64,000 nucleotides of DNA from an uncultured Alphaproteobacteria bacterium (GCA_905234185.1 CAJOGC010000005.1:936-64935), one strand, 5' to 3'. Counted from the first letter of the stretch, positions 49,172 through 60,137 are shown. Notes: a model not told the origin generated them from the sequence alone. Program-made: numbers and translations.

Positions 49172-50281
49172 TTGGTATATAATACTCAAAAAAGGGTGTG
49201 TTTCGTGCAAAACCAAAAACTGATTACTATTATTGTTCCTTGCTATAACATAGAGCCGTATATCGGTTATTGTCTGAACTCTATTATGTCGCAAAACATC
49301 ATTAATAAGTGCCAAGTTTTGTGTATCGACGACGGGTGTTCCGATGGGACGCCGAAATATCTGGCTAAATACGCGAAAAAATACCCCAAAATTGTTTCTG
49401 TTTTATCTCGGACAAACCGGTCGGGCGTCGGGAACTTTGGTGTGTCCGCCGCGCGTAATTTGGGATTGGATAATACTTTGGGTGAAACAGTCATGTTTAT
49501 CGATGGCGATGATTTAATTGGTGGCCGGCGCGATTTTCCAGGCAAATGCGACAAATACTGTCTTGAACACTTTTACGACACAATGAAATCACACCAGGAC
49601 GCATCTATGGTCGTAAGTGATATCGAATATGTCACCCGCGACAGCAGCAAAATTATCACCACGCGCCGTTTCAACATTCTGAATGACCGGTTGGCCCACG
49701 ATATATCAAAATATGATCATGCGCTGGATTTTCTGGATATGCGCATCAGCAGTTGCGCGTCATTATATCGTACAGACCTTATTAACAAGCATCATATTCG
49801 TTTTCGTCCGGGTATGATGTATTTCGAAGATGCGCACTTTGTTATGCAATATGCATTCGCCGCAATCCAAGACCAATACCCATGTATATTAACCCCAACA
49901 GACTTACCGACACTGTACCTGTATCGCAGTCGCCCACATTCTGCCATGCACAAGTTGTCCATGCATTCCGAAAGCGATATGCGCAGACTTGAAAGGACAA
50001 AAAAGCGTTTGGAATACTATGCATATTTGTTGGACGAAAGCGAAAAACAATTCGGTAGTGGCTCTCGCATTTATAATATTGCGGCCCACAGATATGCAAA
50101 CAAAACCGCAAAAGATATCGAAGATAATTTCAAACCTGTTTACGAAACAGAATATTACGCATTGCTGGACTATATCCCACACGAATGCCGTCACGAATGC
50201 AATAACAACAATTGCTGCTGTTGCCCGTATCATTATAAACTTGAATACAAGCGCCGAATGATAACCGAACGGTCCAGATAA
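49172..50281 (+). CDS. Family-2 glycosyltransferase with an unusual C-terminal Cys/Asn cluster (HECRHECNNNNCCCCPYH)
   Basis: GT-A motifs IIVPCYN…IDDGCSDGT…FIDGDD. An alternative GTG start at 49205 has a better RBS. Confidence 0.72.
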   Translation: MVYNTQKRVCFVQNQKLITIIVPCYNIEPYIGYCLNSIMSQNIINKCQVLCIDDGCSDGTPKYLAKYAKKYPKIVSVLSRTNRSGVGNFGVSAARNLGLDNTLGETVMFIDGDDLIGGRRDFPGKCDKYCLEHFYDTMKSHQDASMVVSDIEYVTRDSSKIITTRRFNILNDRLAHDISKYDHALDFLDMRISSCASLYRTDLINKHHIRFRPGMMYFEDAHFVMQYAFAAIQDQYPCILTPTDLPTLYLYRSRPHSAMHKLSMHSESDMRRLERTKKRLEYYAYLLDESEKQFGSGSRIYNIAAHRYANKTAKDIEDNFKPVYETEYYALLDYIPHECRHECNNNNCCCCPYHYKLEYKRRMITERSR

Positions 50282-50288
50282 GACAATC

Positions 50289-50948
50289 TTAACGCGCGTT
50301 AGCGATAAACCTGTTCAGCACAGGACGAATCTCATTGAAAACATCGTCTGGGTTCATACGGATGCCGTTTGGTTTAATCTCGTCCACGACTGTCCAATGT
50401 TTCGAATCGCGTGTCGCAAGTGCTTTATACACATCCGCGACATCTGTTAATAGTCTAGGGTTGCTTTCATGAATATCGGGTTTACCATTTTGATACGCCT
50501 TTAACCCATGGTTACGCATTGCATAAGATATGCGGGCGGGCAAATACAGATAAATATTATGATCTGGACGGATAATACCCATTTGGTCGAATTCCATAAT
50601 TTCAAGATTCGCTATCTCTGGAATCCATTGTTCGCGCGGCAATCTGGCAATAGAGTAAACATTGCTGTATGTATATCGATCAAACACAATCCATTTACCT
50701 GCATCAATCCATTGCTTTATCCGTGGCATCTGGGCCAGACGGTCGGCCGCAAACAAACGCATAACATGTTCACGCGACGGGTTGGATTCGGCGGTCAGAT
50801 AGCTTTTTATCTGTCTGCCTGTTTCTGAATCATATTGTGGGAAATCAAGTGTTTCTGTGGCGACCCCTTGACCATTAAGATATTCGACTATTCTCATTAC
50901 TTGGGTATGTTTCCCGGCTTTATCAGCACCCTCGACAGCAATTATCAT
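50289..50948 (-). CDS. Thymidylate-kinase-family nucleotide kinase with a variant P-loop (EGADKAGKHT)
   Basis: RBS AAGGAG 5 nt upstream. Tmk-like fold pattern with DRY…, and an atypical P-loop (EGADKAGKHT). Confidence 0.6.
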   Translation of the reverse strand: MIIAVEGADKAGKHTQVMRIVEYLNGQGVATETLDFPQYDSETGRQIKSYLTAESNPSREHVMRLFAADRLAQMPRIKQWIDAGKWIVFDRYTYSNVYSIARLPREQWIPEIANLEIMEFDQMGIIRPDHNIYLYLPARISYAMRNHGLKAYQNGKPDIHESNPRLLTDVADVYKALATRDSKHWTVVDEIKPNGIRMNPDDVFNEIRPVLNRFIANAR

Positions 50949-51000
50949 TTTATCTCCTTTTTTTACCATACAAATGCCCGCATTACGCGGGCGGAATAAA

Positions 51001-53085
51001 TTAATCTTCTAAAAAGCTCTTTAATTTACGCGCCCTTGTTGGGTGTTTAAGTTTATTAAGGGCTTTCTGTTCAATCTGGCGGATTCGTTCACGGGTCACA
51101 CCGATATATTCACCAACCTCTTCCAGGGTGCTGGTTTTATTAGTGCTCATACCGAAACGCTGGCGCAGGACCGTTTCTTCCTTTGGGTCTAATTCGGACA
51201 GAATTTGTGTGACAATTTTACGCAGGTTCTTTTGTGCCGCCGATGTAAATGGATTTTTCGCAGTTTCGTCCGCGATAATTTCGATACGGCTGCTATCATC
51301 TTCGGTGCCAACGGGTGCCTCTAATGAAATTGGTTTAAGGTTAACTTTCATCGCCTTGTGAATCTTGTCAACCGGCAGATAGATAATCTTGGACAATTCT
51401 TCGGCGGTTGGGGTGCGGCCATATTTATGCATAAATTGCCGTGATGCGCGCTGAATTTTATGAATATTATCAATCATGTGAACCGGTATACGAATAGTGC
51501 GTGCTTGATCTGCTATACTGCGGGAAATGCCCTGTTGAATCCAGTTTGTTGCATATGTTGAAAACTTGTTCCCCAAACGATAATCAAATTTATCAACCGC
51601 CTTCATTAACCCGATATTTCCATCCTGGACCAGGTCGGAAAAATCCAACCCCAGACCGCGATTGCTGGACTTTTTGGCGAATTTGATAACCAGACGCAAG
51701 TTCGCCTCTATCATTTCGCGTTTCGCACGGGCCGCTTCGGTTTGTCCACGACGAACCAATTCCACAACCTTTTTATATTCCGCGGTTGGTTGGCCGGTTT
51801 CGAATGCGATTGCGGTAATATCGTCCTGGATCTTTATGATATCTTTTTCGTGTTTTTTAACGAAATTAACCCATACCGCATTCTTGGATTTTGCCATTTT
51901 CTTTACCCAGTTGCGATTTATTTCGTTTCCGATATATTCCGCCAAGAAATCTTCGCGTTTAATCTTGTTCGCCATGGCAAGGCGCAACAGTTTCCCTTCA
52001 AGTCCCAAAAGCAATTGGTCGCGTTTGGTTAATTGTTCTAATATTTCGGCATTACGATCATCATTAAGACGAATCTTGCTAACATACTCGAACAGTTCAA
52101 GACGCATTTTTGTGTATTTCTTTTCAAGTGCTTCATCCGGCTTAGAAGATGTCAGTAAGTTGTCCAAACGACGGGCCTGTAATTTCTGCATTCCGGTGAA
52201 CACGCGTTTGATTTTTGCGAACAAATCCAAAACCATTGGCATCAACGACTCTTCCATCACAGGAATCGGAACGCCGGACGTGCCACGTGGCGCATCTTCT
52301 TTTTTGATGCCATCTTCATCTTCTTCGTCATCTTCATCATCTTCGTCATCGGATGCCGTAGATTCTTCAAGGTCGTCCAAATCATCATCATCCAGGTTGT
52401 CAACATCATCAACCCCTTTGGATTTAAGCGCCTCGGACAACGCAGCCAGGGATTTTTGTTCGGATTCAGACGAATACATCACTTCCAAATTCACGATATA
52501 ACGCAAACGAATATCTTCGTTCAACAATTGTTGATACCAATCCAACATTGCACGAATTGTCATTGGACTTTCACACAAACCGTACACCATTAAACGGGAT
52601 GCGGCCTCTATACGTTGGGCAATGGCGACTTCCCCGGCGGCAGTCAACAACTGCACCGTTCCGATTTGTTTAAGATAAGATTGTACGGAATCCTGGCCCC
52701 CAAGAACCAACGAACCAGTTTGGCTGCGCTCCAATTGCTTTGCAAAGTGTTCATAATCTTCGTCATTAACATCAACTTGTTCCGCATCGGCATTCAACAA
52801 ATTGCGCGTTTTATCACGATTTTCTTCGCTGTCTTCGTCTTCGTAATATTTCTCTATATTTTTGGAATAGTTGTCGGTTTCCAGCATTTCCAAACCCAAA
52901 TCTTGGGTAAAGAAGTCCATAACCTCTTCCTGTTCACTGGCCGGCACTTCGTCTGCTTCATTGGCGGCATTAAAATCCATTTGGGAAAAATAGCCAACTT
53001 CGACCGCAGATGTCGCTAATTTCTGAAGATTTTCCGGCAACGAGCCGATTAATAACTTGGTTGCGTCATCAAGTTTCTTTGCCAT
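51001..53085 (-). CDS. rpoD: RNA polymerase sigma-70 factor RpoD with an acidic insert
   Basis: Regions 1.1 to 4.2 are present. Acidic stretch DDDDLDDLEESTASDDEDDEDDEEDEDG. Confidence 0.95.
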   Translation of the reverse strand: MAKKLDDATKLLIGSLPENLQKLATSAVEVGYFSQMDFNAANEADEVPASEQEEVMDFFTQDLGLEMLETDNYSKNIEKYYEDEDSEENRDKTRNLLNADAEQVDVNDEDYEHFAKQLERSQTGSLVLGGQDSVQSYLKQIGTVQLLTAAGEVAIAQRIEAASRLMVYGLCESPMTIRAMLDWYQQLLNEDIRLRYIVNLEVMYSSESEQKSLAALSEALKSKGVDDVDNLDDDDLDDLEESTASDDEDDEDDEEDEDGIKKEDAPRGTSGVPIPVMEESLMPMVLDLFAKIKRVFTGMQKLQARRLDNLLTSSKPDEALEKKYTKMRLELFEYVSKIRLNDDRNAEILEQLTKRDQLLLGLEGKLLRLAMANKIKREDFLAEYIGNEINRNWVKKMAKSKNAVWVNFVKKHEKDIIKIQDDITAIAFETGQPTAEYKKVVELVRRGQTEAARAKREMIEANLRLVIKFAKKSSNRGLGLDFSDLVQDGNIGLMKAVDKFDYRLGNKFSTYATNWIQQGISRSIADQARTIRIPVHMIDNIHKIQRASRQFMHKYGRTPTAEELSKIIYLPVDKIHKAMKVNLKPISLEAPVGTEDDSSRIEIIADETAKNPFTSAAQKNLRKIVTQILSELDPKEETVLRQRFGMSTNKTSTLEEVGEYIGVTRERIRQIEQKALNKLKHPTRARKLKSFLED

Positions 53086-53106
53086 GTAAAACCCTTTGGA
53101 ATTAAA

Positions 53107-53658
53107 TTATTTGCTTTTCTTTTGAGATTTTTGCGCTTTTGCAACGGCGTCACGAATTGCGGATTCCGAAACCAATCCCAAAACAACCGGACTCTGAATC
53201 TGAATTGATGAAATAGATTTGTCCGAAAAAGACTTGTGCGTTTTGTTGCGAATTGACGCCACCGTTGGATTAGTGCTGCGCATCAGGCGGGCAATTTGAC
53301 CATCAGACAATTCTGGATAATTTTTCAGAATCCATAAAATGCCACCAAGCCGATTTTGGCGATGTAATTTAGGCGTATATCCAACACCCTTTTTGTTTTG
53401 GGCGTTTTGCGCATCGACAATTTCCTGGCGCAAAGTAAGGCGCGCAGACGGATCCGCTTCGCACATTTCGATATCTTCACGCGTCACCTGGCCATTCAGA
53501 ATTGGGTTCAGACTCTGGACCTTGCTATTTTCAGCATCGGCGATATTTTTTATTTCTAATTCATGAAGACCGCAGAATTCCGCGATTTGCTCGAAAGTCA
53601 ATGCTGTGTTTTCAATCAACCACAGCGCCGTAGATTTTGGCATGTATGGATAGTTCAT
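53107..53658 (-). CDS. Conserved alphaproteobacterial hypothetical protein (DUF1013-like)
   Basis: N-terminus MNYPYMPKSTALWLIENTALTFEQIAEFCGLH resembles the DUF1013 family. RBS AGGGGA. No dnaG upstream of rpoD. Confidence 0.45.
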   Translation of the reverse strand: MNYPYMPKSTALWLIENTALTFEQIAEFCGLHELEIKNIADAENSKVQSLNPILNGQVTREDIEMCEADPSARLTLRQEIVDAQNAQNKKGVGYTPKLHRQNRLGGILWILKNYPELSDGQIARLMRSTNPTVASIRNKTHKSFSDKSISSIQIQSPVVLGLVSESAIRDAVAKAQKSQKKSK

Positions 53659-53732
53659 GGAAATTCCCCTAATGTTAACGGCGCTTAATATAGACCAGAA
53701 TGCGCAAAATTTCAAGTGTTTTTTTCAGATTT

Positions 53733-55148
53733 TTATGCTTTTTTGGTCAATTTTGGTCCCGTTGGTGTATCGGTCAAAACCCAGCCCGCCGCGTCTATTT
53801 CGGCACGCAACGCATCCGCGGTTGCCCAATCTTTTGCGGCTTTCGCGGCGGTGCGTTTTTCAGCCAGTGCCACAATTTCCGCCGGTGCGACTTCTGATTC
53901 CGCCGCCACCAACTTTTCTGCATGTTCCACAAACATCAATCCCAACAACCGGTCAACAAATTCAACCAGCGCAATCTTGGTTGCATTATTTACCGAATTG
54001 TCACGCAATAATTCCTGGAAAACAACCAGTGTTTCCGCGGTTTTAAGGTTGTCTGATGTCGGCGCCAACAATTTATCGTGCCAGGTGTCATAGACCGCCC
54101 CGTCCAGTTCGCCCGATTTGTTCGCAATAATGTCGGCCACACGACGCACAATATTTTTATACCCGTTCGCCGCCGCATCCAAACTTTCAAATGAAAACTC
54201 TACCGGCTGGCGATAATGCCCAAGGGTCACAAGGTATCTGTATGCCATTGGATCATATCCCTTTTCAATCAACGTCCTAACCGTCCAGAATGAACCAGAC
54301 GATTTGGACATTTTCCCGTCTTTCAGCACCAACCATGCCCAATGCACCCAATACGAAACCCAAGGTTTCCCAACAATAGGTTCACTTTGTGCAATTTCGT
54401 TTGTATGATGTACCTTGATATGTTCTTGACCCCCGGTATGAATATCAAAATGGTCGCCCAGGTATTTCATACTCATTGCGCTGCACTCCAAATGCCAGCC
54501 AGGGAACCCGACACCCCACGGACTGTCCCATTCCATTTGACGTTTGGTATCGGTTGGTGAAAACTTCCACAACGCAAAATCGGTTATGTTGCGTTTGTTA
54601 TTATTTTCAATACGCGCCCCACCCCGTAATTCGGAAAGATTTTGTCCACCCAATTCGCCATAGGTTGGTAATTTCGCCGTATCATAATAAATGCCATCGC
54701 CCGGTATTTCATAGGTATAACCTAGTTTTTCCAATTTTTGAATTAGTTCTATCTGTTCTTTGATATGGTCGGTTGCACGCGGTGTTACGGTTGGCGGAAT
54801 TATGTTTAATTCGTTCATATCGGCAACGCAGTTGTTAATATATTTTTTAGCAACTTCCCATACAGACATATTTTCGCGCGCCGCCCCCTTTTCCATTTTA
54901 TCGTCCCCGGTATCTTCATCACTGGTAAGATGCCCAACATCTGTAAAATTCATTACATGATTGACATCATACCCATTTGCCAAAAACATACGTTTCAATA
55001 TATCGTTGTTAAGAAATGTGCGCATATTCCCCAGATGCTGATCCCAATAAACCGTTGGACCGCAAGAATAAAACCCCATTTTACCTGGAACCAATGGTTT
55101 GAATTCTTCAACTTTACGCGACATTGTATTAAATAATCTGATTTGCAT
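53733..55148 (-). CDS. cysS: Cysteinyl-tRNA synthetase
   Basis: KMSKS motif present. Class I N-terminus (SCGPTVY…HLGN). Confidence 0.92.
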   Translation of the reverse strand: MQIRLFNTMSRKVEEFKPLVPGKMGFYSCGPTVYWDQHLGNMRTFLNNDILKRMFLANGYDVNHVMNFTDVGHLTSDEDTGDDKMEKGAARENMSVWEVAKKYINNCVADMNELNIIPPTVTPRATDHIKEQIELIQKLEKLGYTYEIPGDGIYYDTAKLPTYGELGGQNLSELRGGARIENNNKRNITDFALWKFSPTDTKRQMEWDSPWGVGFPGWHLECSAMSMKYLGDHFDIHTGGQEHIKVHHTNEIAQSEPIVGKPWVSYWVHWAWLVLKDGKMSKSSGSFWTVRTLIEKGYDPMAYRYLVTLGHYRQPVEFSFESLDAAANGYKNIVRRVADIIANKSGELDGAVYDTWHDKLLAPTSDNLKTAETLVVFQELLRDNSVNNATKIALVEFVDRLLGLMFVEHAEKLVAAESEVAPAEIVALAEKRTAAKAAKDWATADALRAEIDAAGWVLTDTPTGPKLTKKA

Positions 55149-55392
55149 GACATTTTCCTTTGTATTTTTATACGATGATAACTGATTGATTGATTTATTG
55201 CAAACAAAACATGTTCGCACGATTAAAAAAGCGAATTAACAACAACAGTAAAAATTTATAAAACGAACTGTCATATTGTTATTATCTCAACTCATCATAA
55301 GAAAGTCAAGTTTATCTCCATCATATTGACAATACATTATTATTTGTTTAGCATATTATCATGCAAGTCGTGATATAAAAAAGGCGAGAAAA

Positions 55393-56493
55393 ATGAAATT
55401 TTTCAAGAAAATTGCTCTTGGCGGCGGTTTAATGTTGGCAATTGGTACAACTAGTAACAAAGCATTTGCCCAGAGCAACAAATCAATCACCTTTCGTGAC
55501 ACCATTATTGCGCCATACAACGTTTCCACACGCGTAATACCCATTGAATTGGGAGAAAAAATAAAGAAAATATGTTCTAGCGAAACAGCCCCTAGCCGTA
55601 AATACACCGTATCTGGAACCGTTGTTGCAAATATGTTATGGGACTATGCAGAATACGTTAACGACAGCACCGTTATCAATTATAGCGAATCCGACTGTAC
55701 CGTATATGGAACTAATGGTGTAATGGTGTATAACATTGACACAACTGGTGATGGCTTAGCCGATAAAAGCGTACAATTTCCAGTCGACATTCGTAATCCC
55801 AATAAACAAACCAAATATGATAAACGTGGCAAAATAATAACATGCAATGTCAACGAATATGATAATCGTGGTGGTATGCCAATAACTAAACAGGTTTTGG
55901 TTAAAGGTGTTAATCGCCGTAAAGCACCGGATAAGCATAAATATTATGTTCGCGACTCTGGTGATGATGTCTTTGAAATTTCCGGTCGGATTGTTGCACA
56001 AAATTGGGTATCTGAATGGTGGATTACCTCTGCAGATTGGGGGAACGGCATTGTGTCGTATGGTGGCGACATAGAAGAAGCTGATTTAGTAACAATTGCA
56101 TACTTTGTAGATGTGGACGGCAATGGTATTAGTGATATATGTTTACAATACATAAAACATATTTCAGATCCAAGAGTTGCAACATCATTCATAGGTAAAA
56201 ATGTATCTTGTGAAATAAATCGTAACAAGATAAATGAATATGATTTAGATAATCCTAAATACTATAATGCTATGCCTATGCATGACAATATGAATGACAT
56301 TATTCAAAATGAAATTGGCGTCGCCTATATATTAAATCCAGAAAAATCTGATGTTTGGAGCGGCAAAATATCGTACACGCCGTATAATCCTGATGCCATT
56401 TTACAATCATTTATCACACCAGAGGTTCTGAAGAAGAAACAAATTGCCTATATGCGATATATGCAAAAACAAGCAGACAAAAAACAACATTGA
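55393..56493 (+). CDS. Secreted hypothetical protein (366 aa)
   Basis: Signal peptide MKFFKKIALGGGLMLAIGTTSNKAFA. No recognisable domain. Confidence 0.5.
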   Translation: MKFFKKIALGGGLMLAIGTTSNKAFAQSNKSITFRDTIIAPYNVSTRVIPIELGEKIKKICSSETAPSRKYTVSGTVVANMLWDYAEYVNDSTVINYSESDCTVYGTNGVMVYNIDTTGDGLADKSVQFPVDIRNPNKQTKYDKRGKIITCNVNEYDNRGGMPITKQVLVKGVNRRKAPDKHKYYVRDSGDDVFEISGRIVAQNWVSEWWITSADWGNGIVSYGGDIEEADLVTIAYFVDVDGNGISDICLQYIKHISDPRVATSFIGKNVSCEINRNKINEYDLDNPKYYNAMPMHDNMNDIIQNEIGVAYILNPEKSDVWSGKISYTPYNPDAILQSFITPEVLKKKQIAYMRYMQKQADKKQH

Positions 56494-56524
56494 TAAAAAC
56501 GCCCAAACGGACGTTTTAAATTCC

Positions 56525-56613
56525 TGGCGGAGCGTATAGGACTCGAACCTATGGACCGCTATAACACGGTCACGGATTAGCAATCCGCTGCATTACCACT
56601 CTGCCAACGCTCC
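56525..56613 (-). tRNA. tRNA-Ser (anticodon GCU)
   Basis: Reverse complement GGAGCGTTGGCAGAGTGGTAATGCAGCGGATTGCTAATCCGTGACCGTGTTATAGCGGTCCATAGGTTCGAGTCCTATACGCTCCGCCA. Long variable arm. Confidence 0.9.
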
Positions 56614-56744
56614 GAATGGTGAACGGTATTATACAGAAACAAAAAATAAATGCAAGCGTGAAAAACGCGAATATAATACAATCATTCAGGCATATTGTAA
56701 TTTACCTTGAAAAGTCGTAAAAATATTCTATATTTAGTTTCGCT

Positions 56745-58502
56745 ATGAAAGAATATATTTTGCCTTTTCGTGATTTGGTCGTGAATCCTGGTTTAACCGT
56801 TCCGATTTATATTGATAATCCGCTGTCTGTGTCGTGTATAGAAGCCGCAAGCAAAAACGGTGGCCGTATCGTCCTTGTTGCACAGCACTGTTGGGGTTAT
56901 CCCGCCAACGAGGTTGATATATACAAGGTTGGCACAATCGGCGAAATCGCCCAGGTTTTACGCATGCCGGACGGTTCATTGCACGCAATTGTTCGCACCA
57001 CAAGCGCGGTCCGTCTTTCCGGCATTGTGGTTGAAAACGGCATCTTTATGGGCGACATAACACCTATCGAAATACTAGACGACAGTGAATTTGACCAAAC
57101 TATCGCCCTGCGCGATAAAATAGCCAATAATATTCAATCAATGTCCACGGCCCGCAAACTTAAAATCGACAAATTACGCACTGTTATTCAGTCTTATCCT
57201 TTGCCGGCCTTTGTTGATACCGTTGTTCAAATGCTGGACATCGATACAGATGTCGCGATTAATATTCTTTGTGCAACGACATGGCGCGAAAAACTAATCA
57301 TTTTGCTGGAGCAAGTCAATTTGATGGCGGAAACCATGAAAATCGAGGATTCTATTAATCGTCGCATTAATCAACAAATGGAGAAAGGCCGTCGAGAGGC
57401 GATTTTACAGGAAAAAATGCGCGCAATTCAGGTCGAAATGGGCGAAAACACCGAAGAAATGGATGCAGAAAACCTGCGCGAACGCATCGAAAAGTCCCAC
57501 ATGTCTGCGGACGCCAAAGAAAAAGCACTGTCTGAATGGCGACGCATGCGCACCCTGTCCCCGATGTCGAACGAAGGCGGACTGTTGAAGGCATACTTGG
57601 ACGAAATGTTGTCTATGCCATGGAATAAGTATGACAAGCAGCCCATAGATATTCAGGCGGCCCGCGCGATTCTTGACAGTGAACATTCCGGAATGGATGC
57701 GGTCAAAGAACGCATTTTGGAACATATTGCCGTTATGAAAAAAACCGGCAAAAACAGTGGCAGCATTTTATGTTTCGTCGGCGCGCCCGGTGTTGGAAAA
57801 ACATCGTTGGGGAAATCTATCGCCGCCGCACTTGGTCGAAAATATCAACGCATATCACTTGGCGGTATTTCTGACGAGGCGCATTTCCGCGGGCACCGCA
57901 AGACCTATATCGGTGCACAAACGGGCCGCATTATGGACGCGCTTAAACGAAGCAAATCAAATAACCCCGTAATCGTGTTGGACGAAATTGATAAAATGAC
58001 GCGTGATTTTCGTGGTGATCCGGAATCTGCATTGTTGGAAATATTGGACCCGGAACAAAACAAAAACTTCCGCGATCATTATCTTGAGGTTGATTTTGAT
58101 CTGTCTAATGTTCTTTTTATTGCAACAGCAAACAGTCTGAACTTTTCCAATGCGTTAAAGGATCGTATGGAAATCATCGAAATTCCGGGATACAGCATGG
58201 ATGAAAAGGTTCGCATTGCCCGCGAACACTTGATTAAACGCGCGGCAAATGACACCGGATGGGCGGTTGAAAACATCACCATTTCGGACGATGCAATTCG
58301 CCATATCATTCAAAATTACACCAGCGAAGAAGGTGTTCGCCAATTACAACGCGAATTGACCGCTATTCTGCGCCGTGAATTGTTAAAGAACGACGGCAAC
58401 GACAAACCAACGGATTTTACACCAAATAAAATCGACGATTTATTATCACTGCAGCATTCCGCTGGATTTAGTAAAAAAATAGGATTTGGAGTAAGATTAT
58501 GA
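56745..58502 (+). CDS. lon: Lon-like protein with a Lon N-terminal domain and an AAA+ module that ends before the serine-protease domain
   Basis: Walker A GAPGVGKTS, Walker B VIVLDEIDKM, sensor-1 FIATANS. The ORF stops at 585 aa. Downstream ORFs are not protease-like. Confidence 0.78.
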   Translation: MKEYILPFRDLVVNPGLTVPIYIDNPLSVSCIEAASKNGGRIVLVAQHCWGYPANEVDIYKVGTIGEIAQVLRMPDGSLHAIVRTTSAVRLSGIVVENGIFMGDITPIEILDDSEFDQTIALRDKIANNIQSMSTARKLKIDKLRTVIQSYPLPAFVDTVVQMLDIDTDVAINILCATTWREKLIILLEQVNLMAETMKIEDSINRRINQQMEKGRREAILQEKMRAIQVEMGENTEEMDAENLRERIEKSHMSADAKEKALSEWRRMRTLSPMSNEGGLLKAYLDEMLSMPWNKYDKQPIDIQAARAILDSEHSGMDAVKERILEHIAVMKKTGKNSGSILCFVGAPGVGKTSLGKSIAAALGRKYQRISLGGISDEAHFRGHRKTYIGAQTGRIMDALKRSKSNNPVIVLDEIDKMTRDFRGDPESALLEILDPEQNKNFRDHYLEVDFDLSNVLFIATANSLNFSNALKDRMEIIEIPGYSMDEKVRIAREHLIKRAANDTGWAVENITISDDAIRHIIQNYTSEEGVRQLQRELTAILRRELLKNDGNDKPTDFTPNKIDDLLSLQHSAGFSKKIGFGVRL

Positions 58503-58876
58503 GCGAACAAGCAACAAAAACAGCCACATACCCCGATCTGGAAAATGGCCAAATGATAACTATCATAACCGATAAAGAAACGGCCAAAGCCATCCATGAA
58601 TACAACAGTATTTGTAATCAAATTCAGTCATTCAAAATAGATTCTCAGGTGATAACTGGTCTTAGTGGCCAGATTTGTGAAATATACAAAGCACAATCAC
58701 CAAAACTGAAAATCTGGTGCATAAGAAAATATCTGCCCTTGATTGACGACGATGTCTATGAATGTCGTATCGAAAGAAAGAACGACAAAGCAAATAAAGA
58801 CCCTGAATTGATTCTGGGTGGTGTGGAATACTTGTATTATAAGCTGCTTAGTAAAAACAGCGGGCGGGCAAAATGA
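58499..58876 (+). CDS. Hypothetical 125-aa protein (ATGA overlap with the lon-like gene)
   Basis: ORF only. Confidence 0.4.
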   Translation: MSEQATKTATYPDLENGQMITIITDKETAKAIHEYNSICNQIQSFKIDSQVITGLSGQICEIYKAQSPKLKIWCIRKYLPLIDDDVYECRIERKNDKANKDPELILGGVEYLYYKLLSKNSGRAK

Positions 58877-59418
58877 TTCTTGTACTGAACACATCCGGGG
58901 CCGATTTGGAATTTGTTTTGGATGACAAATATGCCCGCGTTTCTGTTGAAAAACAATCGGTTGCATTGCCCACCGAAACGGCGCGTTTTATCGCCAAATG
59001 TGGGGCAACATGGTCCGACATTTCCGCAATTGGTATCGTTGTTGGCCCGGGAAGTTTTACTGGTATCCGCTTGGGCATCGCCTATGTTAAGGGCTTAGGT
59101 CTGGGGCTGGACATCCCCGTTGTTCCAATAAACGCATTTGAATTGTATCTTGCGCAGACACCGGACGCGTTTGTCGCGATTGATTCCGGACATGGCGATT
59201 TCTTTGTTGGGGCCAAAAATTTACCGCCCTGTATTATGTCAATCGATGAAATCGAAACCAAACAAATGGAATGGCCACGCACGGTTGGACATCGCCCGTT
59301 TGACTTGAAATTAGGAACGCAAATCGTTCAAAATAAATTGGCACACCAAGGTAATGAACCAATTGTCCCGATGTATTTGCGTCCCAGTTATGTTGAAACT
59401 AATAAAAAGGAAAAATAA
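58873..59418 (+). CDS. tsaB: tRNA threonylcarbamoyladenosine biosynthesis protein TsaB (YeaZ)
   Basis: Motif …GPGSFTGIRLGIA…. Usual tsaB-rimI pairing. Confidence 0.8.
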   Translation: MILVLNTSGADLEFVLDDKYARVSVEKQSVALPTETARFIAKCGATWSDISAIGIVVGPGSFTGIRLGIAYVKGLGLGLDIPVVPINAFELYLAQTPDAFVAIDSGHGDFFVGAKNLPPCIMSIDEIETKQMEWPRTVGHRPFDLKLGTQIVQNKLAHQGNEPIVPMYLRPSYVETNKKEK

Positions 59419-59419
59419 A

Positions 59420-59749
59420 ATGGCAAACATTATTCAAAAAATATTTTTATCAAAATTCGAATGCTCTCTTATTGATGCGATAAATAAATCTGATGTGAAA
59501 ATGACGCACAACGATGATGTACAGCACATGTTTTCAACTACTTCGTACAGCATCAATAATAACAAAATGAATATTATGGCCGTACATCAGTGGCATCATG
59601 CCCAGGGCGATAACTATACACTTAATATCACCAGTGATTCTGAGTCACCACGAACACCAAACAGATATCTTGCCGATGATATTGTTGCCCATAAATTTGT
59701 ACGAAAAATATTTATGAGAATGCAACGCAAATATGCAAAACAAAAATAA
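59420..59749 (+). CDS. Small paralogue 1 of a 3-gene tandem family (110 aa)
   Basis: N-terminal MANIIQKIFLSKFECSLIDAINKSD is conserved with the next two ORFs. Confidence 0.5.
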   Translation: MANIIQKIFLSKFECSLIDAINKSDVKMTHNDDVQHMFSTTSYSINNNKMNIMAVHQWHHAQGDNYTLNITSDSESPRTPNRYLADDIVAHKFVRKIFMRMQRKYAKQK

Positions 59750-59759
59750 CGAGAATAAA

Positions 59760-60137
59760 ATGGCAAAAATCTTTCAACGTATGTTTTTATCTAAAAATAA
59801 AATTCGCATACTGGATATGATCGAAAATAATGCGGATAAAATAACGTATGATTATTACGAACACTCTTATTTTCCATACCATGAATTTACGATAAAAACA
59901 CCGACAAGCGTCCTTACATCTACATCGACCAGGGACAGATATTTGTTTAGCCGTACTTATATTTCACAATATAATTTCGCTGAAACTTTGCCAAACGGAA
60001 CCGTACACGAAGAATCCGAAGAGTTCACGCCTTTTGCTAACCGGGTTCATTCGGCTATGTTCCGCGCATTTATAAAGGCCAAGAGTATTGAGGCAATACA
60101 TAAAAAACAAGAAGATTTCCTGAAAAAACAAAGATAA
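59760..60137 (+). CDS. Small paralogue 2 (125 aa)
   Basis: N-terminus MAKIFQRMFLSKNKIRILDMIENNADKITY. Confidence 0.5.
   Translation: MAKIFQRMFLSKNKIRILDMIENNADKITYDYYEHSYFPYHEFTIKTPTSVLTSTSTRDRYLFSRTYISQYNFAETLPNGTVHEESEEFTPFANRVHSAMFRAFIKAKSIEAIHKKQEDFLKKQR

Noticed and set aside
56497-56521. Putative terminator after the secreted-protein gene (AACGCCCAAACGGACGTT)
   Set aside because: The stem is imperfect (3-4 bp) and the T-run is short, so it is too weak to call.
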